Shown here in pieces: positions 47,115 through 57,294 of a stretch of DNA of 64,000 nt (position 1 is its first letter; each line of letters opens with the position of its first letter). This DNA comes from an uncultured bacterium. GTDB taxonomy: Bacteria > Patescibacteriota > Minisyncoccia > Phycocordibacterales > PALSA-1337. The position numbers were made by a program, and so were the translations under genes. Under the pieces are notes generated by a model that did not search any database, was not told the origin of the DNA, and worked only from the letters and a program-made list of their open reading frames with translations. Location of the stretch: contig OY969557.1 in assembly GCA_963701025.1 (NCBI GenBank), forward strand, positions 570,042 through 634,041, read 5' to 3'.

Positions 47115-47984
47115 TTAATTCTTCAGACAAAGACCTATGTTTCCACTACCTCCAGGAAAAGCGACTGCCGTTGCTATGATTTGAGCCGAGTAGCCTGTTG
47201 GACAAAACCCAATTCCTGTAGCATTACCCCATGTAGCACTAGTTCCTCCACTGGACCATCCCCCTCCTACTGAACCGCTAGAAAGAGCGGAAGAACTTCC
47301 ACCAGTGCAAAGCGGCCAAGTGGAACCGGTGAAATTAAGTGTCCCGGTATTGGTACTGGCATTCACTACATAGTAATAACCTGATGGAACAACAAATGAT
47401 ATAGCGAACCCACTGCCACCACTAGACATGAGACCGCCGTTGTTAGTTACGAGAGAGTAGCCGGAGCCGTTTTGCGAGATCGATCCCGTTATAGACATAA
47501 TGGCCCCGCTAACTGCATTTGAAACAGACTCGTATGCAGTAACCACGATATTTGAAGAAGAAGTATTTTGATAAACAGAATTGTTATTGACACTTGTTAG
47601 AGCTACACTGCACGATCCCCCCCATCCCCCTCCTCCAGCCACCCTCCACCCCACCGTTCCGTTGGAATCGATCGCTGTGAGGACTTTTCCTGATATACCA
47701 CCGGTACCTACAGTTGTATTCGTGGTAGTCGTGCCTTCGCCGGTAAGCACCTGCAAATTATTCACCACCAAATTGCTCAACCCGAGCAACCCTGTCTTGA
47801 TCTGCGGATACGTAAGCGGATCTCCTCCTCCACCGACATTGATCGGCGCCGCAACGTTATTGCCTGGGGGAGTAGCCGTGGGAGCGGTCCAGGTACCGCT
47901 CGATTGGGCCAGCGCTGACAGAGCCAAGGCTCCGATCAGGGCTCCTGCTAATATACCGGTCTTGGCGAGGAATGAGGTCTTCAT
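47115..47984 (-). CDS. Hypothetical secreted Gly/Thr/Ser-rich protein
   Basis: Signal peptide MKTSFLAKTGILAGALIGALALSALAQS. G/S/T/N low-complexity sequence with scattered Cys. Confidence 0.5.
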   Translation of the reverse strand: MKTSFLAKTGILAGALIGALALSALAQSSGTWTAPTATPPGNNVAAPINVGGGGDPLTYPQIKTGLLGLSNLVVNNLQVLTGEGTTTTNTTVGTGGISGKVLTAIDSNGTVGWRVAGGGGWGGSCSVALTSVNNNSVYQNTSSSNIVVTAYESVSNAVSGAIMSITGSISQNGSGYSLVTNNGGLMSSGGSGFAISFVVPSGYYYVVNASTNTGTLNFTGSTWPLCTGGSSSALSSGSVGGGWSSGGTSATWGNATGIGFCPTGYSAQIIATAVAFPGGSGNIGLCLKN

Positions 47985-48020
47985 GTGATGTTATGACTGT
48001 TATTAATATGAATAATGACG

Positions 48021-48353
48021 TTAGTGCTTCAATGCATTGGCCACGGCCTGCTTCTCTGCCTCCGTCGGAGCCGCAGGGGAAGCCGAGAGCTGTGACGCCA
48101 CGCTCTCGATCTCCTGCGCTGACGGCTTGACCGACGAGCTGCGCAGGATGGCGGCGACTTGGGCGCGCAGATCCGTCGGCGACAGCGACTGTTGATTCGT
48201 CGCTGATCCGCTCCACCACCACAGGGCGCCGATGATAACGGCGATTGCGACGACGATCAGGAGCAAGTTGAGCAGGCGGTGATGCTCTTCTCGCGTCATC
48301 GACGATTGCGGCAGAGGACTTGAACCGAGTGAGTATGCTTCCATTACTCTCAT
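48021..48353 (-). CDS. Hypothetical membrane-anchored protein
   Basis: 110 aa with a TM helix LLNLLLIVVAIAVIIGALWWW. Confidence 0.4.
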   Translation of the reverse strand: MRVMEAYSLGSSPLPQSSMTREEHHRLLNLLLIVVAIAVIIGALWWWSGSATNQQSLSPTDLRAQVAAILRSSSVKPSAQEIESVASQLSASPAAPTEAEKQAVANALKH

Positions 48354-48406
48354 TCTAACATAGATGTATGGAAGGCAAGGCGGGATAGATAGGGTACAAT
48401 GTTCAT

Positions 48407-50863
48407 ATGTCAGAGAAACGCCTTATCCTGCTTGACGCCCACGCTATTCTTCACCGGGCATATCACGCATTGCCCGACTTTTCCACATCGAAAGGCGAAC
48501 CGACCGGCGCCCTCTACGGTCTGTCGTCCATGCTGATCAAGATCATCGAAGACCTGAAGCCCGACTATATCGCCGCTTGCTACGACGTCAAAGGGCCGAC
48601 ATATCGCCACGAGGCATACAAAGAGTACAAGTCACAGCGCAAAAAGACCGATGATGACCTTATCACCCAGATCAACCGCTCGAGGGATATCTTCGTCGCG
48701 CTCGATATACCTATCTATGATAAGCAAGGGTTTGAGGCGGATGACATCCTCGGTACCATAGTCGAACAATTAAAAAAAAATGAGGGAATCGAGATCATCA
48801 TTGCTTCTGGAGACATGGACACGATGCAACTCATCTCGGGCGAGCGCGTCAAAGTCTACACTCTGAAGAAAGGCATCAAAGATACGATCATGTACGATGA
48901 AAAAGCCGTGAACGAGCGCTTCGGCTTCGGGCCGGAGCTCATTCCCGACTACAAGGGCCTGCGCGGCGACCCGTCGGATAATATTCCCGGCATACAAGGC
49001 ATCGGCGAGAAGACAGCGACGTCCCTCATAACCGGATTCGGCACGATTGAGGATATGTACAAGGAATTAGAAAAAGTCCCGCTCTCTGTCGGCGAAGCCA
49101 AATTCGCCAAGGCAGGCATAAGCCCCCGGATAATACAGCTGTTAAAGGATAATAAAGAAGAAGCTGAATTCAGCAAAATGCTCGCCACTATCCGTCGGGA
49201 CGCGCCCATAGCTTTCACTATGCCGGACAAGACGTTCAAAGAAGCATTGGACATGAAAAAAGTCAGCGCCCTGTGGAATGAGCTCGAATTCCGGACGCTG
49301 ACGCAGCGTCTGGAGAATGCGGTGAGCGGCAAGAACAAGAAGCCGACCATGAAAGGGGAAATGAAAGCGGAAGTCGAAAGACCTGGGCAGATGTCGTTCG
49401 CCGCGAGCATACCGAAAGCCGAATTCGAAAAAACGGCGGTGGCTTTATGGCTGGTCAACTCCACCATAACGGATCCGAAGATCGAAGACATATTGAATTT
49501 CGCCTCCGCCGGTGGACATCCGCCAGTTGGCGGAGAAGATTTCACTGAGGCGAGCACGAAGATATTCGCCGAACTTGATGCAAAAGGATTGCGAAAAGTC
49601 TACGAAGGGATCGAATTGCCCCTCATTCCCGTCATCCGTCGCATGGAAGAGCGCGGCATCAAGGTCGACCGGGCTCTTCTCAAGGATCTTTCCAAGAGAT
49701 ATGGCGCCGAATTGGCCAGTTTGGAGAAGAGGATATGGAAAGAAGCCGGAATGGAATTCAACATCGCTTCGCCGAAGCAATTGGGCGACGTGCTCTTCGA
49801 CAAGCTCGGCCTCAAAGTGAAGAACGCCAAGAAGACCGGCGGCGGAGCGCGCTCGACCAAGGAATCAGAGCTGGAAAAGATGCGCGACATGCACCCGATC
49901 GTGCCGCTTCTCTTTGAATACCGCGAATTGTCCAAACTTCTTGGCACCTATATAGATGCTATACCGCCATTGCTCGACAGCAACGACCGATTACATACGC
50001 ATTTCATCCAGTCCGGCTCGAGCACCGGACGCATGGCTTCGGAAGACCCGAATATTCAGAACATCCCGATCAAATCCGACCTCGGCAAAAAGATCCGCGA
50101 CGCTTTCGTGGCCGAAAAAGGATTCAAACTGGCGGCTTTCGACTATTCCCAGATAGAATTGCGCATCGCGGCATTTCTCTCTGGAGACCCGAAGCTCATA
50201 GACATCTTCAAGAGAGGAGACGACGTGCACACATCGGTTGCGGCATCCGTTTTCAAAGTGCCGCCCGCGGAAGTGACGCCGGAGATGCGCCGCCGTGCCA
50301 AGGTTATCAACTTCGGCATCATATACGGCATGGGCGTCTTGGCCCTGAAGCAAAATCTGGGTACCAGCAGGGAAGAAGCGCAGAATTTTCTCAATGATTA
50401 TTTCGCCACATTCTCCGTCTTGGCCGCCTATCTCGACCGGATCAAAGCCGAGACGGCACGCAAGGGTTATACGGAGACCTTCTTCGGCCGCCGGCGGCAT
50501 TTCGAAGGCATCAGATCAAAAATACCCTATATCCGCGCTTCAGCCGAGCGCATGGCGGTGAACGCGCCCATACAGGGCACCGAAGCCGACATCATCAAGC
50601 TGGCCATGATCCGCGTGGATGAATATATACGCAAGGAAAAGCTCGAGAATGATGTTTTTCCATTACTGCAGGTGCATGACGAGCTCGTCTATGAGATCAG
50701 GGAAAATTCGGCCAAGGAAAAAGTCGGTGAGAAAAAATCAGTCGAAGAGATCACGGCCGATATAGAAAAAATCATGGAATCAATCATTGATACGAAAGAT
50801 ACCAAAGGTATTACGTTGGCCGCGCACGCGTCCATAGGCGATAATTGGGGGCAGTTGAAGTAA
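48407..50863 (+). CDS. polA: DNA polymerase I
   Basis: 818 aa. 5' nuclease N-terminus (LILLDAHAILHRAYHA). Polymerase motifs A (LAAFDYSQIELRI), B (RRRAKVINFGIIYGMG) and C (LQVHDELVYE). The 3'-5' exonuclease region appears reduced. Confidence 0.9.
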   Translation: MSEKRLILLDAHAILHRAYHALPDFSTSKGEPTGALYGLSSMLIKIIEDLKPDYIAACYDVKGPTYRHEAYKEYKSQRKKTDDDLITQINRSRDIFVALDIPIYDKQGFEADDILGTIVEQLKKNEGIEIIIASGDMDTMQLISGERVKVYTLKKGIKDTIMYDEKAVNERFGFGPELIPDYKGLRGDPSDNIPGIQGIGEKTATSLITGFGTIEDMYKELEKVPLSVGEAKFAKAGISPRIIQLLKDNKEEAEFSKMLATIRRDAPIAFTMPDKTFKEALDMKKVSALWNELEFRTLTQRLENAVSGKNKKPTMKGEMKAEVERPGQMSFAASIPKAEFEKTAVALWLVNSTITDPKIEDILNFASAGGHPPVGGEDFTEASTKIFAELDAKGLRKVYEGIELPLIPVIRRMEERGIKVDRALLKDLSKRYGAELASLEKRIWKEAGMEFNIASPKQLGDVLFDKLGLKVKNAKKTGGGARSTKESELEKMRDMHPIVPLLFEYRELSKLLGTYIDAIPPLLDSNDRLHTHFIQSGSSTGRMASEDPNIQNIPIKSDLGKKIRDAFVAEKGFKLAAFDYSQIELRIAAFLSGDPKLIDIFKRGDDVHTSVAASVFKVPPAEVTPEMRRRAKVINFGIIYGMGVLALKQNLGTSREEAQNFLNDYFATFSVLAAYLDRIKAETARKGYTETFFGRRRHFEGIRSKIPYIRASAERMAVNAPIQGTEADIIKLAMIRVDEYIRKEKLENDVFPLLQVHDELVYEIRENSAKEKVGEKKSVEEITADIEKIMESIIDTKDTKGITLAAHASIGDNWGQLK

Positions 50864-50947
50864 TGCCGGTATGAAGGAGGGGCTGACCTTTGAAAATCGA
50901 GGCACTTTAGTTGACTAAAGTGGACTGATTCGAGATATACTTACCGT

Positions 50948-51583
50948 ATGCTCTACGTTTTTCACGGTTCAGACATAGCCAGATCAGCCGAAAAAGCTCG
51001 CGCTCTGATCAATTCCTTACGAGCCAAACGGCCCGATGCCGCATTCGTGGAGATCATCGCCGACCAGTGGAACCCATCGGCCATAGAGGGCCACCTCGGC
51101 GGACAAGGGCTCTTTTCCAGCAAGTACGTCGTCTACCTGAATCGCGTGACGGAAAATACCGAGGCGAAAGAAACATTACCAGATCTTATTTCGGCGATGA
51201 ATGAGTCGGCCAACATATTCATACTCCTTGAGGGCAAACTTAATGCTGAATTGAAGAGAGCCGTCGAAAAAGACGCGGAGAAGGTTGTGCTTACGGATGT
51301 GACGGAAAAAGTCGCGCCGAAAGAAGAATTCAACATCTTTGCTCTTGGCGACGCCCTGGAAAAGAGAGACGGTTTCAAGTCCTGGAAGCTCTATCGTAGC
51401 GCCATCGACGACGGCATAGCTCCCGAAAACATCGTAGGCACCCTCTTCTGGCAGGTCAAGAGGAATTATTCCAAGGAGAAGTCAAGCGCGCTCTTGAAAG
51501 AGCTAGTCGCCCTGTATCATGACGGGCATCGCGGGCTCGTCGATCTCGAGCTTGGAATCGAGCGTATCCTCGTGCTACTCTGA
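50948..51583 (+). CDS. holA: DNA polymerase III delta subunit (HolA-like, short)
   Basis: MLYVFHGSD... is a HolA-type N-terminus. 211 aa, downstream of polA. Confidence 0.55.
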   Translation: MLYVFHGSDIARSAEKARALINSLRAKRPDAAFVEIIADQWNPSAIEGHLGGQGLFSSKYVVYLNRVTENTEAKETLPDLISAMNESANIFILLEGKLNAELKRAVEKDAEKVVLTDVTEKVAPKEEFNIFALGDALEKRDGFKSWKLYRSAIDDGIAPENIVGTLFWQVKRNYSKEKSSALLKELVALYHDGHRGLVDLELGIERILVLL

Positions 51584-51696
51584 TTTGTGCGAGCTCGTTC
51601 TTTGCTTCTCGCTTGCGCCCATGTCTTCGCTACGCTCGATATAGGCGCTGCGTTCGCTCGAATAGCGAATGCAAGCATTCGCAATCGAGCTCACTT

Positions 51697-51769
51697 GCGC
51701 CCATAGCTCAGCTGGTAGAGCAACTCCCTTTTAAGGAGTGGGTCGTTGGTTCGACTCCAACTGGGCGCA
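51697..51769 (+). tRNA. tRNA-Lys (anticodon UUU)
   Basis: GCGCCCATAGCTCAGCTGGTAGAGCAACTCCCTTTTAAGGAGTGGGTCGTTGGTTCGACTCCAACTGGGCGCA. Anticodon loop CTTTTAA. Confidence 0.8.
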
Positions 51770-51790
51770 CACCATTGGATTTTTAATTTC

Positions 51791-52273
51791 TTAAACTATC
51801 CACCCCTTCAGAAAATCCTTGAGCTCGGAGCCGCAATCCTCCATGCCGATCTCACGCATGTGCAAGATGGGATAACATTCCGGAGTATACTCATAGTGGC
51901 CGCGTACCTCCCCGTCTTCAAAAAGACGGATGTGATATTGACGAGAGAAATCCTTCACCCGGCGCAGACCGAGGATCTCGCCTTTGTCCTTCCACGCGAT
52001 GAAATGGTTCCCGTACCCTTGACTGATGAGGAAAGAAGCGAACTCTTTGGCGGATCGGTCCGGAGCCAGCCTGCCCAAAAGGAAATTCTGTCGGGTATCA
52101 TGGACGATGACGCCGAGCGACGTCAGAGTATCCCGTAGAAAGGGATGACATGGCGTATAGAATCTCCAGGCGACGTATTTCAGACGGTCAAACGTCGCAG
52201 TCGGGTACACCATCTTCGAATACGGAAGATCTTTTGTCGAAACGTTCAAGCGAAAGGCGACTGCTGATCCCAT
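51791..52273 (-). CDS. Hypothetical protein
   Basis: 160 aa with no recognisable motif. Confidence 0.4.
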   Translation of the reverse strand: MGSAVAFRLNVSTKDLPYSKMVYPTATFDRLKYVAWRFYTPCHPFLRDTLTSLGVIVHDTRQNFLLGRLAPDRSAKEFASFLISQGYGNHFIAWKDKGEILGLRRVKDFSRQYHIRLFEDGEVRGHYEYTPECYPILHMREIGMEDCGSELKDFLKGWIV

Positions 52274-52282
52274 CGGAATATT

Positions 52283-52651
52283 TTATAGCGGCAGATCGAA
52301 AGCAAAGAATCCGGCGCCGGTGAAGAGGAGGGAGACGGCCATAACGAGGAGCAGGATGTAATAATTGATGCCGTCAGAGAGGAATTTGCGGTCGCGCGCC
52401 TTGAAGCCGAGCTTGATGACCAGTATGACGGCGTTCAAGAGGGCGGCGAGTTGTGTGAAGAGGCCGATGATGAGAAAGATGGCGATGAATATCTCCACCG
52501 CTCCATACAGGACGCTGTTCGAGCCGGAGCTCGTGCCACGCCTGCGGATCTTCTCATAGCCGAAATAGGCCAGGGTGATGCCGAGAACGAGGCGGATGAT
52601 GAACGGTCCGAACTGCTGGTAGGTGAGTAGCGCCGGGAATAGTGATAGCAT
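52283..52651 (-). CDS. DoxX-family membrane protein
   Basis: 122 aa. Four TM helices in a DoxX-like pattern (..FIIRLVLGITLAYFGYEKI..). Confidence 0.6.
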   Translation of the reverse strand: MLSLFPALLTYQQFGPFIIRLVLGITLAYFGYEKIRRRGTSSGSNSVLYGAVEIFIAIFLIIGLFTQLAALLNAVILVIKLGFKARDRKFLSDGINYYILLLVMAVSLLFTGAGFFAFDLPL

Positions 52652-52725
52652 GGGGCTATGATAACAAAAATGGGCCTAAAAAAGAAGCCAGAGCGGCTGG
52701 GTGTAAGGCTTCATAATACTGGCAA

Positions 52726-53667
52726 TCAGCTCCTGTGTGGCCGGCTATTGTGCAAGAGCTTCTGATGCGCGCTACAGAAATGAGCGCTCCTGCCGCCTAC
52801 CACTTTTCTCATTATGATGCCTTTACACTGTTTATCCCGGACGATGAACGAACATCTTTCCCCGGTTTTCCTATATGCTCGATGCTGTTCCTGGAATTTT
52901 CCGCGTACGCCGTGGATGTTCCGATAATCGGACATCGAGTCTCCGCCAAAGTCTATGCCTTTTTTGAGCACGATTATCACGGCCGCGTACAGCTTTTTAA
53001 GCAGTGCATCCGAATCATTTCGCGCGAAGATATTTTTCACCCGTTCCTCCGGATTGATACCTGCGCGCCAGAGGGCCTCGTCGCTGTATATATTGCCTAT
53101 GCCGGCGATGACGGACTGGTCCATGAGGACAGTTTTGACGCGGCCGCCCGGCTTCGTGTCCAAGCGCTCTTTGAAAACGGCGAAAGTAAAGCTCTTGTCC
53201 AATGGATCAGGCCCTATATTCACCAGATGTAAAGATTGTTCAAGGCCTTTTCCCGGATTGGCTTCCGAGATAAGCGTCACCTTTGCGAACTTGCGCATGT
53301 CGGAAAGCTCCAGAGTCTTGCCGTTCGAGAAAGTGAATATGAGGTGGATGAATCGGTTGAAAGGATCGGCGCGGTCGTAATCGCCGTACATGAGATGACC
53401 TGTCATCTTCATGTGGATCAAGATGACAAGATCCTTGTCATCTTTCTTTATATGCATGAGAATATTCTTGGCTTGCCTCGATGCGCTCTCGATGCGCGCC
53501 CCGACGACTTCTCTCTTGAAATACTTGAAATATGGGGGATCCTTTATGGAATCCTTGCCTTTATGGAAAGCGCTGTCGTAATCCGTCCATACGTCGGTGA
53601 TTTTCAGGCCGCGGATGGTTCTATTGAGCCCGTTGACGGTAGTTTGTACTTCGGGAAGTTCCGGCAT
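52726..53667 (-). CDS. mutM: Formamidopyrimidine-DNA glycosylase
   Basis: MPELPEVQTT N-terminus, an H2TH motif and a C-terminal zinc finger (C..C...C..C). 313 aa with internal insertions. Confidence 0.8.
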   Translation of the reverse strand: MPELPEVQTTVNGLNRTIRGLKITDVWTDYDSAFHKGKDSIKDPPYFKYFKREVVGARIESASRQAKNILMHIKKDDKDLVILIHMKMTGHLMYGDYDRADPFNRFIHLIFTFSNGKTLELSDMRKFAKVTLISEANPGKGLEQSLHLVNIGPDPLDKSFTFAVFKERLDTKPGGRVKTVLMDQSVIAGIGNIYSDEALWRAGINPEERVKNIFARNDSDALLKKLYAAVIIVLKKGIDFGGDSMSDYRNIHGVRGKFQEQHRAYRKTGERCSFIVRDKQCKGIIMRKVVGGRSAHFCSAHQKLLHNSRPHRS

Positions 53668-53687
53668 AATGATGAGTTAACCCAAAC

Positions 53688-53722
53688 TTAGAAATTAGAC
53701 TAATTAGGTCAATTAGAAATTA
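53688..53722. repeat. TCTAATT-rich intergenic element, copy 3 of 3 (inverted orientation)
   Basis: Reverse complement ggttaatttctaattgacctaattagtctaatttctaa. It lies between the murE stop and the mutM start. Confidence 0.45.
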
Positions 53723-54992
53723 ACCTCTCCAACTCTTCCCGCGCCACCTTGGCGTCGCTCCACTGCGTCTTGGTCCCGTTCGGGCCCATGATGTAAGGAT
53801 CGGTGCCTTTGCCGGTAATGATGACGGTGTCGCCAGTTCGAGCCTGTTTGAGTGCCTCGCGGATAGCCAGACGGCGGTCCATGATGATGATCGGCGGATG
53901 AGACATGCCCTTGGCTACGTCGTCCACGATGCTGCGCGGGTCCTCGTCATACGGATCTTCGTCGGTCAGGATGACTTGGTCGCAATATGTGTCGGCGAGC
54001 CGGCCCATCTCGGAGCGCTTCCATGCGTCGCGCCCGCCGCCGGTGCCGCCGAGGACGCAGATGTTCCGCGACGACGGAAAGACTTGATAGAGCTTCTCGA
54101 GGGAATCGGGCGTATGGGCGTAGTCCACGATGACGGTGAAGTCCTGCCCGGCGTCTATGCGCTCGACCCGGCCTCGGATGCCGCTGAACTTCTCCACGGC
54201 TCGGATGATAGTCTCGTCGGCGACGCCCTGGCTCTTGGCGGCCGTGGCGGCGGCGAGGATGTTGTAGATGTTGAAAAGTCCGGAGAGCGGCGAATGGACG
54301 AGGCGTCCGCCGAAGGTGAACGAAAGGCCCTCCTTTTCTACGCTATATGGATCGGCGGAACGGATGTCGTAGGTCATCCGACGGTCGGCTGGGCACACCA
54401 TGAACCGGCCGCTTTCTTTGTCATCCGCATTGACGATGAGCGCGCGGTCATTTTTGCGCGATTTTCCGAGCTGTCTAGCGATAGCCAGCTTGGCCTCGAC
54501 GTATCTCTCGTATGATCCGTGGGCTTCTATATGTTCCGGCGAGAGATTGGTGAAGACTAGAGCGTCCATGTCGATAAAGAGATGCCGATAGGTGATGGCG
54601 CCCTGCGAAGTCATCTCGACTATGGCGTAGTCGCATTTCTTGTTCACAGCCTTGCGCAGGAATCTTTGCATGAAGAACCTTCCGGGCATGCTCATCTTGT
54701 ATAGATTGTCGGATGACAGTTCGCCCACCTTGAAGCGGATAGTATTCGATAGGGCCGTCTGATAGCCGGCTTCCTCCATGATGGCGTTCAGGATCTCGAC
54801 CGTGGAGCTCTTGCCTTTGGTGCCGATGACGGCGATGACTTTGATCTTGCGCGAAGGGAAGCGGTATACGAGCGCGGCCAAGAAAGCGAGCGTCCAATGA
54901 TACGCGGGATTGAGAGCCCTGAAGATCGGGCCTGGAATGAATCGCTGGGTCTTTGAGAGGACGGAGTCGAGCATGTAGTTATCGTGTATCAT
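53709..54992 (-). CDS. murE: Mur ligase family protein (MurE-like UDP-MurNAc-tripeptide synthetase)
   Basis: VIGTKGKSST (P-loop), ...ERYVEAK..., ...DYAHTPDSL..., and a C-terminal Mur ligase domain. 427 aa. Confidence 0.7.
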   Translation of the reverse strand: MIHDNYMLDSVLSKTQRFIPGPIFRALNPAYHWTLAFLAALVYRFPSRKIKVIAVIGTKGKSSTVEILNAIMEEAGYQTALSNTIRFKVGELSSDNLYKMSMPGRFFMQRFLRKAVNKKCDYAIVEMTSQGAITYRHLFIDMDALVFTNLSPEHIEAHGSYERYVEAKLAIARQLGKSRKNDRALIVNADDKESGRFMVCPADRRMTYDIRSADPYSVEKEGLSFTFGGRLVHSPLSGLFNIYNILAAATAAKSQGVADETIIRAVEKFSGIRGRVERIDAGQDFTVIVDYAHTPDSLEKLYQVFPSSRNICVLGGTGGGRDAWKRSEMGRLADTYCDQVILTDEDPYDEDPRSIVDDVAKGMSHPPIIIMDRRLAIREALKQARTGDTVIITGKGTDPYIMGPNGTKTQWSDAKVAREELERLISN

Positions 54993-55106
54993 TTTGAAGA
55001 AGATTGCACTATTGACTTATTGTCTGATAAGTGATAGGGTCGATTTTAGGCCTTTGACAACGAAAGTTGGCGGAGACAGAGTGACTCAACAAGAGAAAGG
55101 TATTAT

Positions 55107-55364
55107 ATGAACACAATGACAAACGGGAAACCCCGTCGCAGTTTCGGAGAATGGTGGCGCGCTTTCAACGAACCAGGCGATGCTTGGTTGGATCGGAATT
55201 TTCCGAGGATCGGTAGAGTGAACAGGTTCTGCAACAGACATGAAGGGGTCATCGCGATCATCCTTCTTGCTGTGGGCGTAAGTGCCGTGTTCCTCGTGCC
55301 GATCATTGCCCCCAAACTGGCCATTTTCCTCGTGCGGTGTTTCCCCGCGCTGGCCAATCACTAA
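55107..55364 (+). CDS. Hypothetical small membrane protein
   Basis: 85 aa with one TM helix. Confidence 0.35.
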   Translation: MNTMTNGKPRRSFGEWWRAFNEPGDAWLDRNFPRIGRVNRFCNRHEGVIAIILLAVGVSAVFLVPIIAPKLAIFLVRCFPALANH

Positions 55365-55398
55365 AAACTCACAACGATCACTTCATTGAAAGGACGAT

Positions 55399-56037
55399 AT
55401 GAAAATAATAGTAAACACGCGCCGACGCCAACAGAGCGGTTGGATATTGGTAATAATAGCGATTCTTGTTGTGGTAGGTGCTGCCGGCTATGCCTATTAC
55501 AAGATAGCCAGAGTAGTGTCCCATATCCAAGTACCGCCGGCCGATACGAATGATACGGACACGTATTATTCGCCGACAAACCAGGCACCCCACAATAACA
55601 TCGTGATGTCAGCGTCGCTTCAGACGGATGCAGCTCTCCCGCAAACCGTTTCACCGCCACCATTTGCTTTGCAATATGGTGTCAAGATCATTGATACCAA
55701 TCTCAATGGTCAAGGGTGGCTCAACGCCGGCACGAACTTGGTCGGACCGGTCGATGGGACGCCGTACGCGTTCATCAACACCAGCAACGAGTATGCATTC
55801 ATGTTGACCTATGCAAATGGTCAAGTGTTCTATTATGACTATGACGCTACAACCGCCAATTTGCTGAGTTCCTGGACCAGCTCTTCGTTGAAAACGGTTG
55901 TCATCCAAATAACGACGAACATGGCTGATTGGTCCCCGATCTACACCAATACCGCGTGTCCGATGAACGAGATATTGAACTTCGTCGACACTAATCCTCC
56001 ACTGGTCGCAGGATTCTATCGGTTGGTCATATACTGA
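55399..56037 (+). CDS. Hypothetical membrane-anchored protein
   Basis: 212 aa with an N-terminal TM helix and a beta-rich domain. Confidence 0.45.
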   Translation: MKIIVNTRRRQQSGWILVIIAILVVVGAAGYAYYKIARVVSHIQVPPADTNDTDTYYSPTNQAPHNNIVMSASLQTDAALPQTVSPPPFALQYGVKIIDTNLNGQGWLNAGTNLVGPVDGTPYAFINTSNEYAFMLTYANGQVFYYDYDATTANLLSSWTSSSLKTVVIQITTNMADWSPIYTNTACPMNEILNFVDTNPPLVAGFYRLVIY

Positions 56038-56158
56038 AACCATTGCCCTTCAAGCCGCCTTAGTCATTGAGACGGGGCGGTCTTTTTATTTCGACAAACG
56101 AGGAGCATGTGATTGCTTGCAAGCACAATGTCCGGGTGCTGTCGAAAGAACGTATTCA

Positions 56159-56761
56159 TTATTTCCCTAATTCTTTCAACGCCGCTTTGACCTTGGCTCC
56201 GGTATCGGCGTCCACGCCGCCGTTCTTGACGCCATCAGCCGAGACTTTCTTCAAGGCGTCACGAGCTTCGTCGGCGTCGTAGCCGAGGGCTTTCAGCGCT
56301 TCAATGGCGTCCATATCACTCGACATGCCCGCGGACATTTCACCGCTACCTTCGCCGGAGAATCCACCTAGCTTGTCTTTCAATTCGAGAACGATCTTCT
56401 CCGCGGTCTTCTTTCCTATGCCGGAGACTTTGACCAGGTGGGCGACCGAACCGGTGCGGATGGCTCCGGAGAGCGTATCGCTCGATACCAGCGACAATAT
56501 GTTGAGCGCGCTCTTGGGGCCGATGCCGGAGACGGTGATGAGAAGCTGGAAAAAGTCGCGCTCCTTTCGGGACAGGAAACCGTAGAGGTCCTGCGCGTCT
56601 TCGCGCACGGCCATGTGAGTCCAAAAGGCCGTTTCATTGCCGACTTTCAGAGTGTGCGCGGTGTCATCGGTGATGAATATCTTGTAGCCGATGCCACGGA
56701 CTTCAACGACGGCATATTTGCCGCCCAACTCGGCCACGTTTCCCCGTATGGTCGCTATCAT
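56159..56761 (-). CDS. ruvA: Holliday junction helicase subunit RuvA
   Basis: MIATIRGNVAELGGKYAVVEVRGIGYKIFI (OB domain), an HhH pair GIGPKSALNILS and a C-terminal domain III. Confidence 0.85.
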   Translation of the reverse strand: MIATIRGNVAELGGKYAVVEVRGIGYKIFITDDTAHTLKVGNETAFWTHMAVREDAQDLYGFLSRKERDFFQLLITVSGIGPKSALNILSLVSSDTLSGAIRTGSVAHLVKVSGIGKKTAEKIVLELKDKLGGFSGEGSGEMSAGMSSDMDAIEALKALGYDADEARDALKKVSADGVKNGGVDADTGAKVKAALKELGK

Positions 56762-56828
56762 GAGGCCAGTATAGCATTTTCTTTACATTTTTTCGGCCGC
56801 GTGCTACCTTTCAATGACACTTACGCAT

Positions 56829-57095
56829 ATGGCCATCACCTCTTCAGCCAAGAAAGCTCTCCGCGCCGCCACGAAGAAGCGCGTCTTCAATCTGCGCCGC
56901 AAGGCCGAGATCGAGAAGAACATCAAAGCCTTCAGGAAGCTCGTCGTCGCCAAAGACGCAGCCGCCGCGGCCAAGCTCGTGCCGACTCTATATCAATCTC
57001 TCGACAAGGCCGTGAAGACCGGCTATATCAAGGCTAACGCCGCGTCCCGCCTCAAGTCGCGCGCCATGGCGGCCCTTAAGAAAATCGTAAATTGA
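56829..57095 (+). CDS. rpsT: 30S ribosomal protein S20
   Basis: MAITSSAKKALRAATKKRVFNLRRKAEIEKNIK... matches the S20 pattern. Confidence 0.8.
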   Translation: MAITSSAKKALRAATKKRVFNLRRKAEIEKNIKAFRKLVVAKDAAAAAKLVPTLYQSLDKAVKTGYIKANAASRLKSRAMAALKKIVN

Positions 57096-57151
57096 AAATT
57101 GCGTATTGGAAATTAATTTTCAATTTCAATCATCGATATTCAATTCATACT

Positions 57152-57226
57152 GCCCTCGTCGTTCAACGGATAGGACGCAGGATTGCGGATCCTGCAATAG
57201 AGGTTCGATTCCTCTCGGGGGCACCA
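57152..57226 (+). tRNA. tRNA-Arg (anticodon GCG by eye), CCA encoded
   Basis: GCCCTCGTCGTTCAACGGATAGGACGCAGGATTGCGGATCCTGCAATAGAGGTTCGATTCCTCTCGGGGGCACCA. Anticodon stem CAGGA/TCCTG, loop TTGCGGA. Confidence 0.65.
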
Positions 57227-57227
57227 C

Positions 57228-57256
57228 TTGACATACGGTTTCAAATATGGTATGAA
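57228..57256 (+). promoter_or_regulatory. Sigma70-like promoter upstream of cas1
   Basis: TTGACA, a 17-nt spacer, then TATGAA, about 38 nt before the cas1 ATG. Confidence 0.4.
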
Positions 57257-57294
57257 TAGGCAGTTCAGATTAGCAACTGCTAAATTCACCACAT

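Noticed and set aside
40489-56761. Dispersed ruvC-yebC / ruvB / ruvA instead of a ruvAB operon as something unusual
   Set aside because: Separation of ruv genes is common in reduced genomes; not distinctive.
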